Shown: in pieces, positions 24,730-36,790 of the stretch | How the letters are laid out: each line of letters begins with the position of its first letter | Position numbering within the stretch: the stretch's first letter is position 1 | Assembly: GCA_030324005.1 (NCBI GenBank) | Contig: JARDVH010000073.1 | Span: 28,594,072-28,658,071 of the forward strand | DNA length: 64,000 nucleotides | Source: Negaprion brevirostris | Taxonomy: Eukaryota | Direction of reading: 5' to 3' | Position numbers and translations under genes: made by a program | The notes under the pieces: generated by a model | The model's input: the letters and a program-made list of their open reading frames with translations, nothing else | The model's database searches: none | What the model was told of the DNA's origin: nothing

Positions 24730-25027
24730 AATAAAGTTTACTTATTAAAAGTAGTCTTCATACTACACTGCAATGAAGTTATTGTGAAAATCGTCTCGTC
24801 GCCACACTCTGGCGCCTATTTAGGTACACTGAGGGAGAATTTGGCATGGCCAGTTCACCTAACTTGCACAGTTTTGGACTGTCAGAGGAAAGTAGAGCAC
24901 CCAAGGAAAACCCATGTAGACATGAAGAATGTGCAAATTCCACACAAAGTGACCCAAGCCGGGATTCGACCCAAGTCCCTGGCACTGTGAGGCAGTAGTG
25001 CTAACCACTGTGCCACCGTGCTGCCCC
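24730..25027 (-). mobile_element. V-SINE with type-B tail
   Basis: HE1 head and V-domain plus tail actgcaatgaagttattgtgaaaatc...gtcgccacactctggcgcc. Confidence 0.85.
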
Positions 25028-26370
25028 AACAAGTGAGGGCTCGTCCGGAATGTCCACTGATCAGGTGTTTACACTGAAGTTTTATGAAAGGACAATTTTA
25101 TTTCAGTTGCATTGCAGTAACAAGTTTCCTCTTGATGTCTTGCTTTAGCAATTATTCCTTGTGTCTTCATTTTTTCGCAGTAATTCTTATCCTGAGGTTA
25201 GGAAGATTGCAGTGATAATATTTTACATGGGCATTACCAGATTTCTGGAAGTAGCAAATCTGCAATGTGGTAATCAGGCTCTTTGTGGCACATCATTTGT
25301 CTAACTGCTTGAACCACAGTGAACTTTTGCTAACTCCTGGAACAGTTTCAACAAGACATCATAATTAGACATTGTTGGATACTACGCTGTCATCCAAATT
25401 GAAGTGCTAACTAAAATATTTCTGGAAAAAAAACACAGCAACAAATAATTTAAAATCTGCCTGGAAAAAATAGTTTGCAGTGGGAGATTTGATCATATTC
25501 ATTCTGTCTCGATTCACTTACAATTTTTTAAAAATGGCACATCACAAATCCCCCTAGTCATATTCTGTACCTGACTCGTACTAAGTCCATAGCATTCCAA
25601 TTATTATTCTTTCACTGGTTACAGCAGCACAAGTTCAACCTATTTGCCAAGTGGGTAAACCTACATTGGAGTATTCCAATGCTGCATGTTTGAAAGGCTT
25701 TAAGCCCTTAAGATTGCAAAATCTATTACCATAAGCATTTTTTTGTCTCCCCCTCTGGTGCAAAAAGACAAAAATAATGATTCCCCTTTACTAGCTCAGC
25801 CCAAAGCAACCAAAAGGCCTACGAAAGTGCACATTGTTCATTCTAGAACGTGCAAAAATTACCATAGGAGGTTCACTTTAGAATAACTGTTGTTGGCAGT
25901 GGTCAATTGAGATAATCATTGTAACAGGGTGGACCATAGAGCATACAAATATTATTCTGACATCTATATTATAGCCTATTCCACTTAACCTAGCTTTGGT
26001 GCAATGGTATTGCAAATTAAATACGTTTATTAAATGTCAGATCTTTTGTGGAACTGAATCTAAAGGCTCAGATCAAGTGCACAAGCACTGCTGCAGTGCA
26101 ATACTGGTTCAACAACATATTGAGGCAATTAGGTAGAACTCTGATCCCTAAGCTTTCAGCTGGATATATTTAGTTCAAAGACATATCAGATTCTGTGCTT
26201 TTCGCTCATGCATGGATTTTTTTCAAGTTTGAATTCCAATTGACTGTCTCCATTTCCTTCCATCCATCTCTGCAAAACTCCTTGCGACAAGTTCTTCAAT
26301 CAAGATTTTTACTTGTTGCATCTGTTTCTACCTTTTGGCCCACACAGGATATTTGGTTTAAGGTATGTTG

Positions 26371-27844
26371 AGGGCTATTCCCCATGTGCTAAATTTGCAT
26401 AAAAATTGGAGTAACTCCCGCCGATTCTTTTAGCATTCTTTTTCAGAATAAATCTCTGTACTCTGAGCACTGCAGAGTGCACAAGGGAGATTCACTCTGA
26501 AAATCAGAGGCCAGGGCTTATTCTCGTTGGAGAGGCTGAGGTAGCAGAGCGTTGAGTGGGACACTGCATATGCCGATCTGTCAGCACAGAGATCAGCGCA
26601 TGCACACTGGCCCTGCATTGCCAGCTTCCTGATCACTGGATTGCTGGTCAGCCCAAATGCTACCCTACCCTCCNNNNNNNNNNNNNNNNNNNNNNNNNNN
26701 NNNNNNNNNNNNNNNNNNNNNNNNNNNNNNNNNNNNNNNNNNNNNNNNNNNNNNNNNNNNNNNNNNNNNNNNNNNNNNNNNNNNNNNNNNNNNNNNNNNN
26801 NNNNNNNNNNNNNNNNNNNNNNNNNNNNNNNNNNNNNNNNNNNNNNNNNNNNNCCTCTACCCTCAACCTGTGGGAGGGGGGGGGCCTCAGTGGCCTCTCT
26901 TCCCTCCAGCAGGGTTGGTGCTACCTATGGCTTGTTAGTGGTAGTAAACCCGTTGGAGTGAACCATTCTTGGCTGGGGGGAGACACTCGGGAGCCCGGAG
27001 ACTTCAGGTATGCAAATTGAGATTTCATGGGCAGCATGGTGGCATACTGGTTCGCACTGCTACCTCATAGCACCACAGACCCGCCACTCTGAATCCCTCA
27101 AACTACGCCCCTGGATTGCTGGTCTCCCAGGGCAGTCCTGATCACCCCTTTCATCCCATCTCCCAGCGATCCTGTGGCAGAGTGGCAGCAGGATCCCCTA
27201 TCTCCAATGATCTCCCCGCCGCTCTGACCGTGCCCCCTTGGCATTGCCTGATGCCTGGGTGGGTGTGCCAAGGTGCCCCTTGGGCATTGCCCGTTTGCCC
27301 CTTGGGCAGTGCCCAGGGGGCACCCCCTCTACCCTCAACCTGGGAGGTTGGGGGGGGGCCTCAATGGCCTCTCTCCCCTCCAGCGGCGTTGGTACCAACT
27401 ATGCCCTGTTACTGGGGAGCAGTAGTATACCCGTTGGTGTGAACCATTCCTGGCTGGGGGGAGACGCAGAGTCAGGCTGTTTTGCACTACTGCCTCACAG
27501 GTTCAATTCCTGGCTTGTGTCACTGTAAGAATGTAGTTTGCACATTCTCCCTGTGTCTGCATGGGTTTTCTCCAGGTGTTCCAGTTTCTTCCACAGTCCA
27601 AAGATGTATCGGTTAGGTGGATTGATCATGTTAAATTGCCCTTTAGTGTCACGGGGACGAGTTAGGGTAAATGCATGGTGTTATGTGGATAAGGTCTGGT
27701 TGGGATTGCGGTTGGTACAGACGTGATGAGCTGAATGGTGGCCTCCTGCACTGTAGGGATCCTATGATCTAGTATTTAAATCCGTGGAGACGCACAGCCT
27801 GTTGCAGTGCTAGAGCAGCACAGCAGACTGGGAGAATCACCCCC
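26371..27844. mobile_element. GC-rich non-autonomous DNA-transposon-like element with nested HE1 SINE and internal duplication
   Basis: Imperfect inverted termini gggctattcccc / gggagaatcacccc; 26854-26985 repeated at 27325-27462; HE1 head at 27029 and HE1 body at 27481-27770. Confidence 0.55.
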
Positions 27845-27859
27845 ATTATCTCTTTACTC

Positions 27860-28130
27860 TTCCATGGGATGTGGGTGGTGCTGATAAATCCCAGCATTTG
27901 TTGCCCATCTCGAATTACTGGAACTGGGTGATTTTCAAGTTCATCCGAGATTGCTTAGAATCAACCACTTAGCTGTGGGTTTGGAGTCAAATGTCAGCCA
28001 GACCGATAAGGATGGCTGATTTCCTTCCCTAAGGGACATTAGTGAACCAGATGGGTTTTCATGACAATCAGTAAAGATTTAATCGTCACTATTGTTGAAA
28101 CTAGCATTTAATTCCAGATTTTATTTGACG
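27860..28130 (-). mobile_element. tRNA-SINE family copy (partial)
   Basis: ttccttccctaagggacattagtgaaccagatgggtttt core. Confidence 0.75.
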
Positions 28131-29195
28131 ATATGAAGTCAAAGTGTTCATCTTTATATTGCAACAATTTTTTCTGATTTTGAGAGAATCCCTCGTGCTG
28201 TTGAATGCAAAGATGAGCAGCAATCTTAAAAGGCTCCTCCAAAGAGAATGAGTTCATCATTAAGACTTGCTGAGTTTGTTAGTTTTGAAGCATGAGTGAA
28301 ATTGTATGTTTGCTCATTTCAGAGATCTCACAGTAACACCTGCAATGTTCATTGGTTTCCATTCTGAAGTTCCTAGGATTGGTCTAACATAACCAGCCAG
28401 TCACTCATTCTCACCAAGGCTTTATCTGCAATGTTAACTCATCTGTTCTTCTCACAAGTGCTGACTGATCTCCTGAGTGTTTCAGCATCCAATCTGTTAT
28501 CAGGCCTGATTTTTTTTTTAACTGAAAAACCATCCATTTCTGTCCCTACTTCAACCCTTTGGGTGTGTCTTTTCTTGCCTCATCGTGTCCCATGTACTAG
28601 AGAATCAACTTTGAAGATTCTTGCTTTTACTTAAATCCAAACGTGGCTTTGCCATTCCCTACCTCTACGCTCTCCTCCACTCCGTACTTGTTATTTCCAC
28701 TTTCCAAGACATTAATCAACCCCAGCCTTCTCTACTTACCAGACACAGTTGGTCTTTCAGCTGCTGTGTCCCAATCTTTAGAATTTCATGTGACAATCTT
28801 GCTCCTGCTGGGTGTTCTCCACTATCTCTATCTAAACAGTGCAAAATTATCTCTCTATGTTGAGTAACTATGAGTAGCTAGAATTATTATGGAGGATGCA
28901 GCAGTAAGATTTTCCAAAAATCAAAGCAGGATCATCCTATCATAAATACATCACCGTTATCCCCTCCTGAATGCAACCATACAAGATCAATGACTACACA
29001 GCAGCATTATGAACTGATCAGGAATGAGGTTCTTTCCACTATTAGACTGACTGGCTTTGGTAAATAAGAATTTTCATTTTGCTCATAAGAAACTTCTGAG
29101 TGAGGAATGCCATTTTGCCCATCTTATTTTATCCATTGGAGCAAACCCTGAGAAACTGCTTAAAGTTAAAATTACCCCTGCTTAGTGTTGATTAG

Positions 29196-29386
29196 GTAAG
29201 TAGTCTCTCAAAACCAGGTTAAAGTCCAACAGGTTTATTTGGACACTGCAATCTGCCGGCTCAAAGTGGAAAGGATCTCCAAGCGATCGCGCAGTGCTAC
29301 CAAATAGACCTGTTGGACTTTAACCTGGTGTTGTGAGATTACTTATTGTGCCTACCCCAGTCCAACACCGGAACCTCCACATCATG
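29196..29386. repeat. Fold-back repeat (family 2)
   Basis: ccaggttaaagtccaacaggtttatttgg ... ccaaatagacctgttggactttaacctgg inverted arms, then ccccagtccaacaccgg...ccacatcat. Confidence 0.8.
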
Positions 29387-29389
29387 GTT

Positions 29390-30559
29390 TAAAAGTGGAC
29401 AGATCTCCAGGTCTGGATGATTTGTGTCCCAGACTGTTGTGGGAGGTGAGGGAGGAAATAGCAGGGGCTCTGACCCAAATTTTTAATTCCTTCCTGGTTA
29501 CTAGAGAGCTTCCAGAGGACTGGAGAACAGCTAATTTAAGGAAAGTAGTAGAGATAAGCCAGGGAACTACAGACCAGTGAGTCTCATGTCTGTGTATTCT
29601 GGAGGAGAGAATCTATCTCCATTTGGAGAGCAAGGTTTGATCAGGGATAGTCAGCATGGTTTTGTCAGAGGGAGGTCATGCCTAACAAATTTGAATTTTT
29701 TGAGCATGTAACTATATGTGTAGATGAGGGTAGTGCAGTTGATGTAGTTTACATGGATCTCAGCAAAGCCTTTGACAAAGTCCCACATGGGAAACTTATT
29801 AAGAAGGCAAATGCACATGGGATACAGGGTGATCTGATAAGGTGGATTCATAATTGGTTTAGCGGTAGGAGATAGAGAGCGATGACTGATGGCCGCTTCA
29901 GTGACTGGAGGCCAATGACCAGTGGCATACCACAGGGATCTGTGCTGGAATTGTTTGTCATTTATACAAAATGACACAAGTGACTATGTGGGGGTAGGAT
30001 CAGTAAGTTTGCTGATGACACAAAGATTGGCTGAGTGATTAACAGTGAGGTTGAGTGTCTTGTGTCACAGGAAGATGTAGATGTGATGGTCAAATGGACG
30101 GATAAGTGGTAGATGGAATTTAATCCTGAAAAGTGTGAGGTGATAAACTTTGGAAGGAGTGATTTGACAAGAAAGCATGCTTTGAAAGATCTGACACTGG
30201 GAAGATCTGCAGACCAAAGGGACCTTGGCATGTTTTTTCATAGACCTCTGAAGATAGAAAGGCAGATTAATAGGATTAAAAGGTAGATGGCACACTTGCC
30301 TTTATCAGTAGTGGCATAGATTACAAAAGTAGAGATGGAGTTTTATAGAACTTCAGTGAAGCCACAGCTGGAGTACTGCGTGAAGTTCTGGTCGCCACAT
30401 TATAGGAAGGATGTGATTACACTGGAAGAGGTGCAGAGGAGATTCACCACGATGTTGCCTAGAATGGAACATTTAAGTTATAAAGAGAAGTTGGATAGGC
30501 TTGGGTTGTTTTCTCTGGAGCAAAGAAGACTGAGAGACGACCTGATTGAACTGTTCAAG
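29390..30559 (+). mobile_element. CR1 (HER1-like) LINE ORF2, frameshifted, running into a gap
   Basis: SPGLDDLCPRLLWEVREEIAGAL; VDVVYMDLSKAFDKVPHGKL; FADDTK; LEYCVKFWSPHYRKDV. Confidence 0.92.
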
Positions 30560-31129
30560 NNNNNNNNNNNNNNNNNNNNNNNNNNNNNNNNNNNNNNNNN
30601 NNNNNNNNNNNNNNNNNNNNNNNNNNNNNNNNNNNNNNNNNNNNNNNNNNNNNNNNNNNNNNNNNNNNNNNNNNNNNNNNNNNNNNNNNNNNNNNNNNNN
30701 NNNNNNNNNNNNNNNNNNNNNNNNNNNNNNNNNNNNNNNNNNNNNNNNNNNNNNNNNNNNNNNNNNNNNNNNNNNNNNNNNNNNNNNNNNNNNNNNNNNN
30801 NNNNNNNNNNNNNNNNNNNNNNNNNNNNNNNNNNNNNNNNNNNNNNNNNNNNNNNNNNNNNNNNNNNNNNNNNNNNNNNNNNNNNNNNNNNNNNNNNNNN
30901 NNNNNNNNNNNNNNNNNNNNNNNNNNNNNNNNNNNNNNNNNNNNNNNNNNNNNNNNNNNNNNNNNNNNNNNNNNNNNNNNNNNNNNNNNNNNNNNNNNNN
31001 NNNATTGTGGCCTTTCTTGTCTGTTTTACAGTTTATGCACGTTCTTTTGTTTGAATGATGAAACAAGACATAACATCAAATTGCAAAATAAACAATTAAG
31101 AATCGGTGTTCCAAGTTAACTTCTGTGTT

Positions 31130-31905
31130 TTGTATAACTTGTGGGAAAATTTGTCTACATTGGCAGGAAGAATAGAAAAGCAATATGTTATTTGAATCGA
31201 GAGATTGCTGAAGTCTGAGTATAGAGGGATCTGGATGTCCTGGTACATGAATCACAAATTTTAGCATGCAGATACAACAAGTGATTAGGAATACAGATGA
31301 AGTGTCATTGTTTATTGCAAGGGGGATGGAATGTAAAAGTTGGGGAATTTTGTTACAGTTGATGAGGGCTTTGGTGAGACCACATCAGGAACACCATACA
31401 GTTTTGATCTCCATACTTGAGAAAGGATATAATAAGCATTAGAAATGGCTCAGAGAAGTTCACTCGACTCATTCCTGTGGATGTGGGGGTTATCTTATGA
31501 GGATAGGTTGGACCTGTATCCATTGGAATAGAGAAGAATGAGAGATGATCTGAGTGAAACCTGAAAGATTATAAGGAGAATTGATGGGGTGGATTCTGAA
31601 ATGATCTTTCCACTTGTGGGAAAGATTAGAGCTAAGTGACACAATTTAAAAATAGAGTTTCCCCTTTAAGATGAAAATGTGAAGAAATTTCTTCTGAGGG
31701 TCACTGGTCTGTCGAATGAGATAGCAGTGGAGGTACGGCCATTGAATATTTTTAAGGCTGAGTTACATTCTTGATTGATGAGGGAGCAAAGGGATTTAGC
31801 AGATAGATTGGAAAGTAGATTTGAGGCCACAATCAGATTAGCCATGATCTTATCAAATAGTGAAGCTGGCTGGAGAGGGCTGAATGGCCTACTCCTACTT
31901 CATAT
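31130..31905 (+). mobile_element. Older CR1 3' portion
   Basis: agagggatctggatgtcctggtacatgaatcaca...gagaagaatgagagatgatctg...ggctgaatggcctactcctact. Confidence 0.8.
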
Positions 31906-31914
31906 GTATATCTG

Positions 31915-32101
31915 ATTAAGCAGTAAATATTGGCCAGAATATGTTCCTGGCTCTTCAAAATAGTGCCATGAAATGTTTTACATCCCCCAGAGCAGACAAT
32001 TTATTATCTCATCCAAGAGTTGGTGACCTCTAACCATGAAAAATATCTTCAATACTGCACTGAAGTGTTAACATCAACTTTTCTGCTCAAGTTCTGGAGT
32101 G
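31915..32101 (-). mobile_element. DeuSINE fragment
   Basis: taaatattggccag...ctcttcaaaatagtgccatg...tctcatcc. Confidence 0.6.
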
Positions 32102-32179
32102 NNNNNNNNNNNNNNNNNNNNNNNNNNNNNNNNNNNNNNNNNNNNNNACCAATCCAAGCAGACAGTCCGTGTGAGGGGT

Positions 32180-32550
32180 GGGTAGTGAGGAAGACAGTGA
32201 CATACTGGCAATGTCACTGGGTGGAGTAATCCAAAAGCCCAGGTTAGTGTTCTGGGAACATGGGTTCACCAGCTGATGGAACTTAAATTGCATTAAGAAA
32301 TCAGGAATATATATAGCTAGTGTCAGTAACTGTGACCATGGCAACTGACATCAATTGTCGTCCAAACCCATCCAGTTCGCTCATATCCTTTAGGGAAAGA
32401 AATTTGCCATCTTGACCTGTTCTTGCCCAAACCTGATTTCGGATTCACAGCAATGTGGGTGACTCTGAAATGGCCAAGCAATCTATTCATTTCAGGGGCA
32501 GTTAGGGATGGGTAATGAATACTGGCCTGCCAATGATGTCTGGGTCCTGT
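32180..32550 (+). mobile_element. tRNA-SINE family copy
   Basis: aatgtcactgggtggagtaatcc...atcctttagggaaagaaatttgccatc...gggcagttagggatggg. Confidence 0.7.
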
Positions 32551-33129
32551 GGAAGGACAGAAAAAAATAGACCGGTCGAAGATGTCATCAGCCAGGCACA
32601 AAGAGAATGCAGAAGGAGAAACAGTTTCTCTGTTTATATATTTAGAATGTATTACTGTACAAAGATATTTGGTAAATGTTTCAGTTGCTGGCTTCTAGTT
32701 CATCCAGGGATGCCCCGACGTGTGGTTGCTTCCTCCCAGAACAGCACACAGAAAACATCTAACATAACCGATTGATGTGACATGAGGAGCCCTGGTTTGA
32801 GCAATGTTAGTACAGGCAAATAATATGTGCATCACTCACCAAAGTTCCTACGAACCAGCTGCTTATTCTAAATGCAGACTATTCTTTGCTCGAGCATTCA
32901 TCTGCTTGGTGCACTGAACTGTAAATAAACACATTTTATAAGCATTTTACAAAAAGCATTGCTTGAATAATGATGAATACTCTATTCTTTGCGGAGCAAA
33001 ATGAATCTTATTGCCGAAGTGTAGACTTAAAGATTGAAACTATTGACACTTCTGTGGCTGGCAAGTGTCTCTGGCAGAGCAAACAAAAGAAAATATGCTT
33101 ATATTCTCTTGATGTCAATTTGTGTTCAC

Positions 33130-34182
33130 ACCTTTTTCTTTGAAGTATAACATGACAGAGTCCAATGTCTTTTGCTCATGCAAAAAACAAGACTATTGGA
33201 TTTCCAACCATCTTCAGCCAGAAGGACAAATCCAGCCTCTTCACTGCTGTCCCTGCCATTACTGAAGCTAGAGTTCAGCTAATTCTCCTTGCCTATTTCT
33301 TGACATCACGTGAAATCAATGGCCACAGCAATGGCTCCGAGACTTGATAACATTCCGTCCAGCTGTAGCACTGAAGATTTATTCTGCGGAACTGCTAACA
33401 CCTGTAATCAGGCTGTTCCAGTCCAGTGAAGACAATGGCATTTACCTGATGATGTGGAATATTGTCCAGGTATATCATATCCAGAAGAAGCAGGACAAAT
33501 TCAATCCAGCCAATTAAGCTCCATCAGTCTACTCTCAATCATCTGTAAAGTGATGGAAGGGGTCATTGGTGCTATCACATGACACTTGCGGAGCAACAAC
33601 CTGCTCACCAACACTCAGTGTGAGTTTTACCAAGTCTTTGTCCAAACATGGACAAAAGAACTGAACTCCAGAAGTGAGGTAAGAGTGATTGCCCTTGATG
33701 TTAAAATAACACTTGATTGACTCTGCTTCGAGGAATCCAATCAAAACTGAAGTGGAAATCTAGCAGAAAACTTTGTAATGGTTGGAGTCCTGTCTAGCAA
33801 GGAGGAAGATGATAGTCACTGTTGGATGTCAATCTTCTCAGTTCCAGTGCATCAATACAGGAGTCCCTCAGGGTGGTATCTTAGGCCCAACCATTTTCAG
33901 ATGCTTCACAATTACTTTCTTCCGTCGTAAAATCAGAGTGAGAATGTTCACAACTCCTCAGATACCGAAGCAGTCCATGCAAGTGTGCAGTAAGACCTTG
34001 GCGACATTTGGGCTTGGGCTAATAAGTGGCAATTAATGTTGGTGCCAGTCAGTGATAATCTCAAGAAGGAATTGAGCCATCACGCTTGGCATTCAGTGGT
34101 ATTCCCATCAGTGAATCTTCAATCATCAACATCCTGGAATTGCTATTGACTGCAGAGTTAACTGGACTATTCATATAAATAG
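33130..34182 (+). mobile_element. CR1/L2-group LINE ORF2 remnant
   Basis: INTGVPQGGILGPTIF RT motif; similar to 16990-18470. Confidence 0.75.
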
Positions 34183-34194
34183 TGTGTTTGAAAC

Positions 34195-34282
34195 GGCGAG
34201 AGGAGGGCTGGGACTTCATATTGAAATGGAGAGAGGAGGGCTGGGACTTCGTACTGAAATAGAGAGAGAAGGGCTGGGAGTT
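34195..34282 (+). repeat. Short minisatellite, 3 copies of a 33-bp unit
   Basis: gagaggagggctgggacttcatattgaaatgga / gagaggagggctgggacttcgtactgaaataga / gagagaagggctggga. Confidence 0.8.
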
Positions 34283-34459
34283 TCGATGTGCAATGAGATG
34301 AGATTAATCAATTTCTTTTGTGGAGTACCTAATTGGTCACAGTATGATAGGATTTCATGTTCAATTTGATAGTGAGAAGTATGGTTTCTTTAGTGTTTTA
34401 AAGCTAAATAAATGTAACTATGATGGTGTGATTAAGGAAGGGCTAGTCAGGGTGAATTG

Positions 34460-34930
34460 TGAACAAAAGCAGGAAATGCTGGAAACTGTCAGCAGGGCAT
34501 CCGAAGGGGCGTCCAGACTCGGAACGTTAGCTCTAAAGGTAAAGTTTTTAATTTAGTGTCACAAGTAGGCTTACATCAACACGCAATGAGGTTACTGTGA
34601 AAACACCCTAGTCGCCACACTCCGGTGCCTGTTCGGGTACGCTGAGGGAGAATTTAGCGTGACCGATGCACTTAACTGGCACATCTTTCAGACTGTAGGA
34701 GGAAACCAGAGCACCCTGGAGGAAACCCACGCAGACATGAGGAGAATGTGCAGACTCCGCATGAGCAGTGACCCAAGCTGGGAATCGAACCTGGGTCCCT
34801 GGCGTTGAGGCAGCAGTGCTAGCCACCATACCACCTCTATTCTCTCTCCACAGAAGCTGTCAAACCTGCTGTGATTTTCTAGCATTTTCAGTTTTTGTTT
34901 CAGATTCCAGCATCTGCAGTATTTTTGCAT
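34460..34930. repeat. Family-1 fold-back repeat interrupted by a type-B V-SINE (34536-34835, minus)
   Basis: Arms aaatgctggaaactgtcagcagg / cctgctgtgattttctagcatttt; SINE flanked by ctcta...ctcta. Confidence 0.75.
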
Positions 34931-35139
34931 TAATCGGCATGAATTGGAAATCCAGGTTTGAGGATAGGACAGTAGAATTGTAGTGGCAGACAGCAAAAGT
35001 CTCTCCCACAGACAGAGAGAGAGAGAAACTGCTAGAGAAAGATGCATCACCCATAGCTAAATAATAAAGTCAAGGGGATTATTAAATGGAAAGAAAAACT
35101 GCAGCAATGTGCAAAGGTTAGTGATAGGTCAGAGGACTG

Positions 35140-35575
35140 GCCAGTCTGTATTCCTTGGCATTTAGAAGAACGAGAGGTTACCTTATTCAAACATACAAGA
35201 TCCTGAGGGGGCTCAACAGGTGAGATGTTTTCACTCGTTGGAGAGTGTCAAACAAGGGGACATAGCTACAAGATAAAGAGCCTGTCAATTCAGACTGAGG
35301 TGCATAGAAAATTCCTATCAGAGGGAGGTGGATCTCTGAAATTCTCTGCCTCAAATGGTGGTAGTGGCTGGATCATTAGAAGTATTTAAAGTGGATGTGG
35401 ATAAATATTTGATAGATCGAGGCATAGAGGGAAATGACAGAGACAAGGAGTTGAGGCCAGCATGGATCAGCCATGATCATATTGAATTGCAGGGCCCGGT
35501 GGCCTGCTCCTGCTTCTATTTTGTGTAAGCCTAGTTGTGACTAATAAATGAACTTTAAAACTTTATTTCTTGTGT
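35140..35575 (+). mobile_element. CR1 3' end with a tiny type-B SINE tail inserted (35525-35565)
   Basis: tttagaagaacgagaggttacctt...gatcagccatgatcatattgaa...ggcctgctcctgcttctat. Confidence 0.8.
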
Positions 35576-35579
35576 GTTG

Positions 35580-36790
35580 CATGCTTTAAGAACCAGCAAA
35601 GAATGACTGAAAAGGTCAAGGCAGAAAACAGAATACAAGAGAAAGTTAGCTTGCACTTTAAAAACAGATAATCAGAGTTTCTATATTTATTTGAATAGGA
35701 AAAGAGTAACTTAAGCAAATGTTGGTCTTCTCAAGAGAAAGAAAGAGAGTCAGGAATTGATCATGGGAAACAAAGAAATTATGGAGGCATTGAATATTTT
35801 GGCTGAGTTCACTGCTGAAGATTTTAAAAACTGCCCAAATGTAATAAATCAAGAGGTGAAAGGGAGAGATGGATTTGAAATTAATCACCATCACCCGGGA
35901 AAAGTATTAGACCTAAATACTGATATGTCTCCTGGACCTGATAGCCTGCATCCTAGAGTCTTAAAAGGAGCAAAGATGTGGTGTCACAGTTCGTAGATGC
36001 GTTGGTTATAATCTTCCCAACTTCCATTGATTCTACAATGGTCCCGTAGCAAATGTAACTCCCTTATTCAAGAAAGGAGGGAGTCAGAAAGCCTGGAACT
36101 ATAGGCCAGTTAGCCTAATGTTATCATTAGGAAAGTGTTAGAATCTGTCATTTAAGGACATTATGTCAGGATACTTAGAGAATCACAATGTGATCAGACA
36201 GAGCCAGCGTGACTTTGTAAATGGGAAATGTTGATTCATTTGTTAGATGTGTTTTCAATGAAGTAACATTGAAGTTTGATAAAGGGAACCTGTAGATGTG
36301 GTGTACTTGGATTTCCTAAGAGTTCTTCATAAGATAAGAGCACATGGTGTGGGGGAGCTTATTAGCTTGGACAAAGGATTTGTCAGCTAACAGGAAACAG
36401 GGGAGTAAGGATAAATGGATCATTTTCAGGTTGGCAAGCTGTAATGAGGAATTCCACAGGGGTTACTGCTGGGTCCTCAAGTATTTGTAGACTCTATCAA
36501 TAACTCAGATGAAGGGACCAAAGAATACAGTAGCTAAATTTGCTGATGATAATAAGATAGGTAGGAAAGTAAGTTGTCAAGATGAAGTAGAGAGCCTACG
36601 AAAGGATATGGGCAGATTATGAGTGGCAAAAGTTTGGCAGTTATACTCTAACATGAGTGAATTTGTCCATTTTGGAATAGAAAATTATAAAAGAAACACT
36701 ACTATAAACGGAGAGATTGTACAGAGGGGTCTATGTCCTGGTGTATCAGTGGCAAAAAGTTCGTCTGCAGGTACAGAAAGTACCTAGGTG
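35580..36790 (+). mobile_element. CR1 ORF2 remnant
   Basis: SPGPDSLHPRVLK; aactataggccagttagcct (NYRPVSL); gctaaatttgctgatgat (KFADD). Confidence 0.85.

Noticed and set aside
34195-34282. CRISPR-like repeat/spacer pattern
   Set aside because: The intervening segments are themselves similar, so this is a 33-bp minisatellite in a vertebrate intron.
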